64,000 nucleotides of DNA from Sphaerodactylus townsendi (taxonomy: Eukaryota), in contig NC_059426.1 in NCBI RefSeq assembly GCF_021028975.2, positions 144,646,001-144,710,000 on the forward strand. Direction: 5' to 3'. The notes beneath the pieces are model-generated. The model made no database searches. It was given only the letters and a program-made list of their open reading frames with translations, and had not been told where the DNA came from. Made by a program: the position numbers and the translations under genes. Below, piece by piece: positions 62,530-64,000 of the stretch; positions within the stretch are counted from its first letter, which is position 1, and each line of letters opens with the position of its first letter.

Positions 62530-63800
62530 CTTTTGCGAACCTTTCTTTTTTAAATATATCATAACATTTCCGACCCAATGGCCAGGTTCAAAACATCTAA
62601 CAAAATCATGCGCTAACTTATTTCAGTTTTGACATTAAGAAGTTACTGTAACTCCCTTTGAAAGGTTTCGAAAACCAACACCAAGTTATTTGCAAAGGAT
62701 CTTAATTTGTAAGTCTCTTAATTTTTGTACCCCCAATCCTCTTATCTTGTCTTGTATTCCTATTCAGAGCTTCAAGAGCTAGTATAAGCAAGAGGGGACA
62801 TAGTGGACATCTTTTTCTTGTTCCTTTCTGTATCTCATATGATTTCATAACATGTTCCTTTCTGTATCTCATATGATTTCATAACAGTTATTTACACTGA
62901 CTGTGAAGTGTACATTATTTTGCCGATTTTATAAAATTCTCTCTGAAGTCCATATGTTCTAAACCCTTAAACAGAAATGGCCAGTTCAAATTGTCAAATG
63001 CTTTCTCTGCATCTAAAATCAAAATCAAAGCAGCTTGTTTTTCAGTATGTTTCCCCAAATATTCCAAAATATACAACACATAGCCCTGAAACTTTCTTCT
63101 GGGCAGAAATCCATACTGACCTTCATGGATACATTCTTATAAAACTGTTTTCAATCTATCTGCTAAATTTGTTGTAAACAACTTATAATCATTGTTCAAT
63201 AATGATATTGGTGTATAATTTCTTGTCCTTCTTTAGGTATTAAAATTATATTGGCTCCTTTTCATGATTTTGTCATCTTTCTTCCTTGCAAAATAGAGTT
63301 CATTGTATTTTGCATTGTATTTTGCAACAGTTGTAAAATTTCATCTTCAAAATACTTATAATGCAGGCCCAATAAACCATCTGGCATAGAAACTTTTCCT
63401 GGTTCAGTTTTTTTTAGCAGTTTCTACTTCTCTTATTGTTATAGTGCCATTTATAATATGTTTCTATTCTTTTGTGATCTTAGATAAATTCTACTTTCAA
63501 AGATACTTGTCTGTTTCTATCAATGAAACCTCTTGGGCTTTATATAAGTTCATATAATAATTATAATTTTTAAAATCAGGGTAAATCAGGCATACAAATT
63601 GAGAAAAGAGAAAAGAAAATATTGAAACTATCAAGAAACTATTATCTGTTAAAACTTTGTCTCTGGATAATTTCAATATTTTCTTTTCTCTTTTCTCAAT
63701 TTGTATGCCTGATTTACCCGGTTTATTTGCAAATTCAAAATGTTTTTGCTTTACATATTTCAGCTTAGTTTTAATTTCTCTTGTTAACATAGATAACTGT
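62530..63800 (-). mobile_element. L1/Tx1-clade LINE ORF2 fragment
   Basis: Minus-strand FEFANKPGK, LDAEKAFDNLNWPFL and GTRKRCPLCPLLLILALEAL (GTRQGCPLSP-like). A-rich coding strand with many stops. Confidence 0.85.
62819..62886. repeat. Perfect 34-bp tandem duplication inside the L1 fragment
   Basis: TGTTCCTTTCTGTATCTCATATGATTTCATAACA x2. Confidence 0.9.
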
Positions 63801-64000
63801 TGAGGTAAGATTTTTATTTGCTGTGAGATATTCTCTTCTGGACTTTTTCAAAAAATAATTCTCTTTCCTTGTAATCTCCTCTAAAACACTTTGGCTGTTT
63901 CTGCACTGTGAAATTACAGCGATTAAATTGCCATTGACTGTTATTGGCAATGCTGAAAAACGTAACAGGAGCATGCACATGGACGGGCACTCCATAGACA

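Overview
Eukaryotic, repeat-rich vertebrate DNA. The repeat inventory points to a squamate reptile, probably a gecko: Squam-type tRNA SINEs, young CR1, L2, RTE, Rex1, L1/Tx1, Penelope-like, DIRS, hAT and Harbinger MITEs. I find no intact host protein-coding exon. All recognisable peptide in the ORF track is transposon-derived. The main host feature is a CpG-island promoter at ~29.7-31.05 kb with an ATG-less first exon ending at a strong donor (CAG|GTAAGG, 30863/30864). It is followed by a long + strand intron whose first ~6.5 kb lacks recognisable TEs and contains CNE-like sequence, which resembles the 5' end of a developmental or regulatory gene. I cannot name the gene. Most notable items: (1) several Penelope-like inverted-repeat insertions with 12-13 bp TSDs carrying minimal hammerhead ribozymes, one with an intact core (48836-48878, minus); (2) a ~5 kb fossil DIRS tyrosine-recombinase retrotransposon that keeps its internal-complementary-region/terminal-repeat pair; (3) a degenerate SGNH-hydrolase-like segment near 10 kb; (4) two clean solo LTRs with TSDs; (5) a convergent pair of CTCF-like motifs bracketing the promoter. 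Family assignments come from motif recognition by eye, not database searches.
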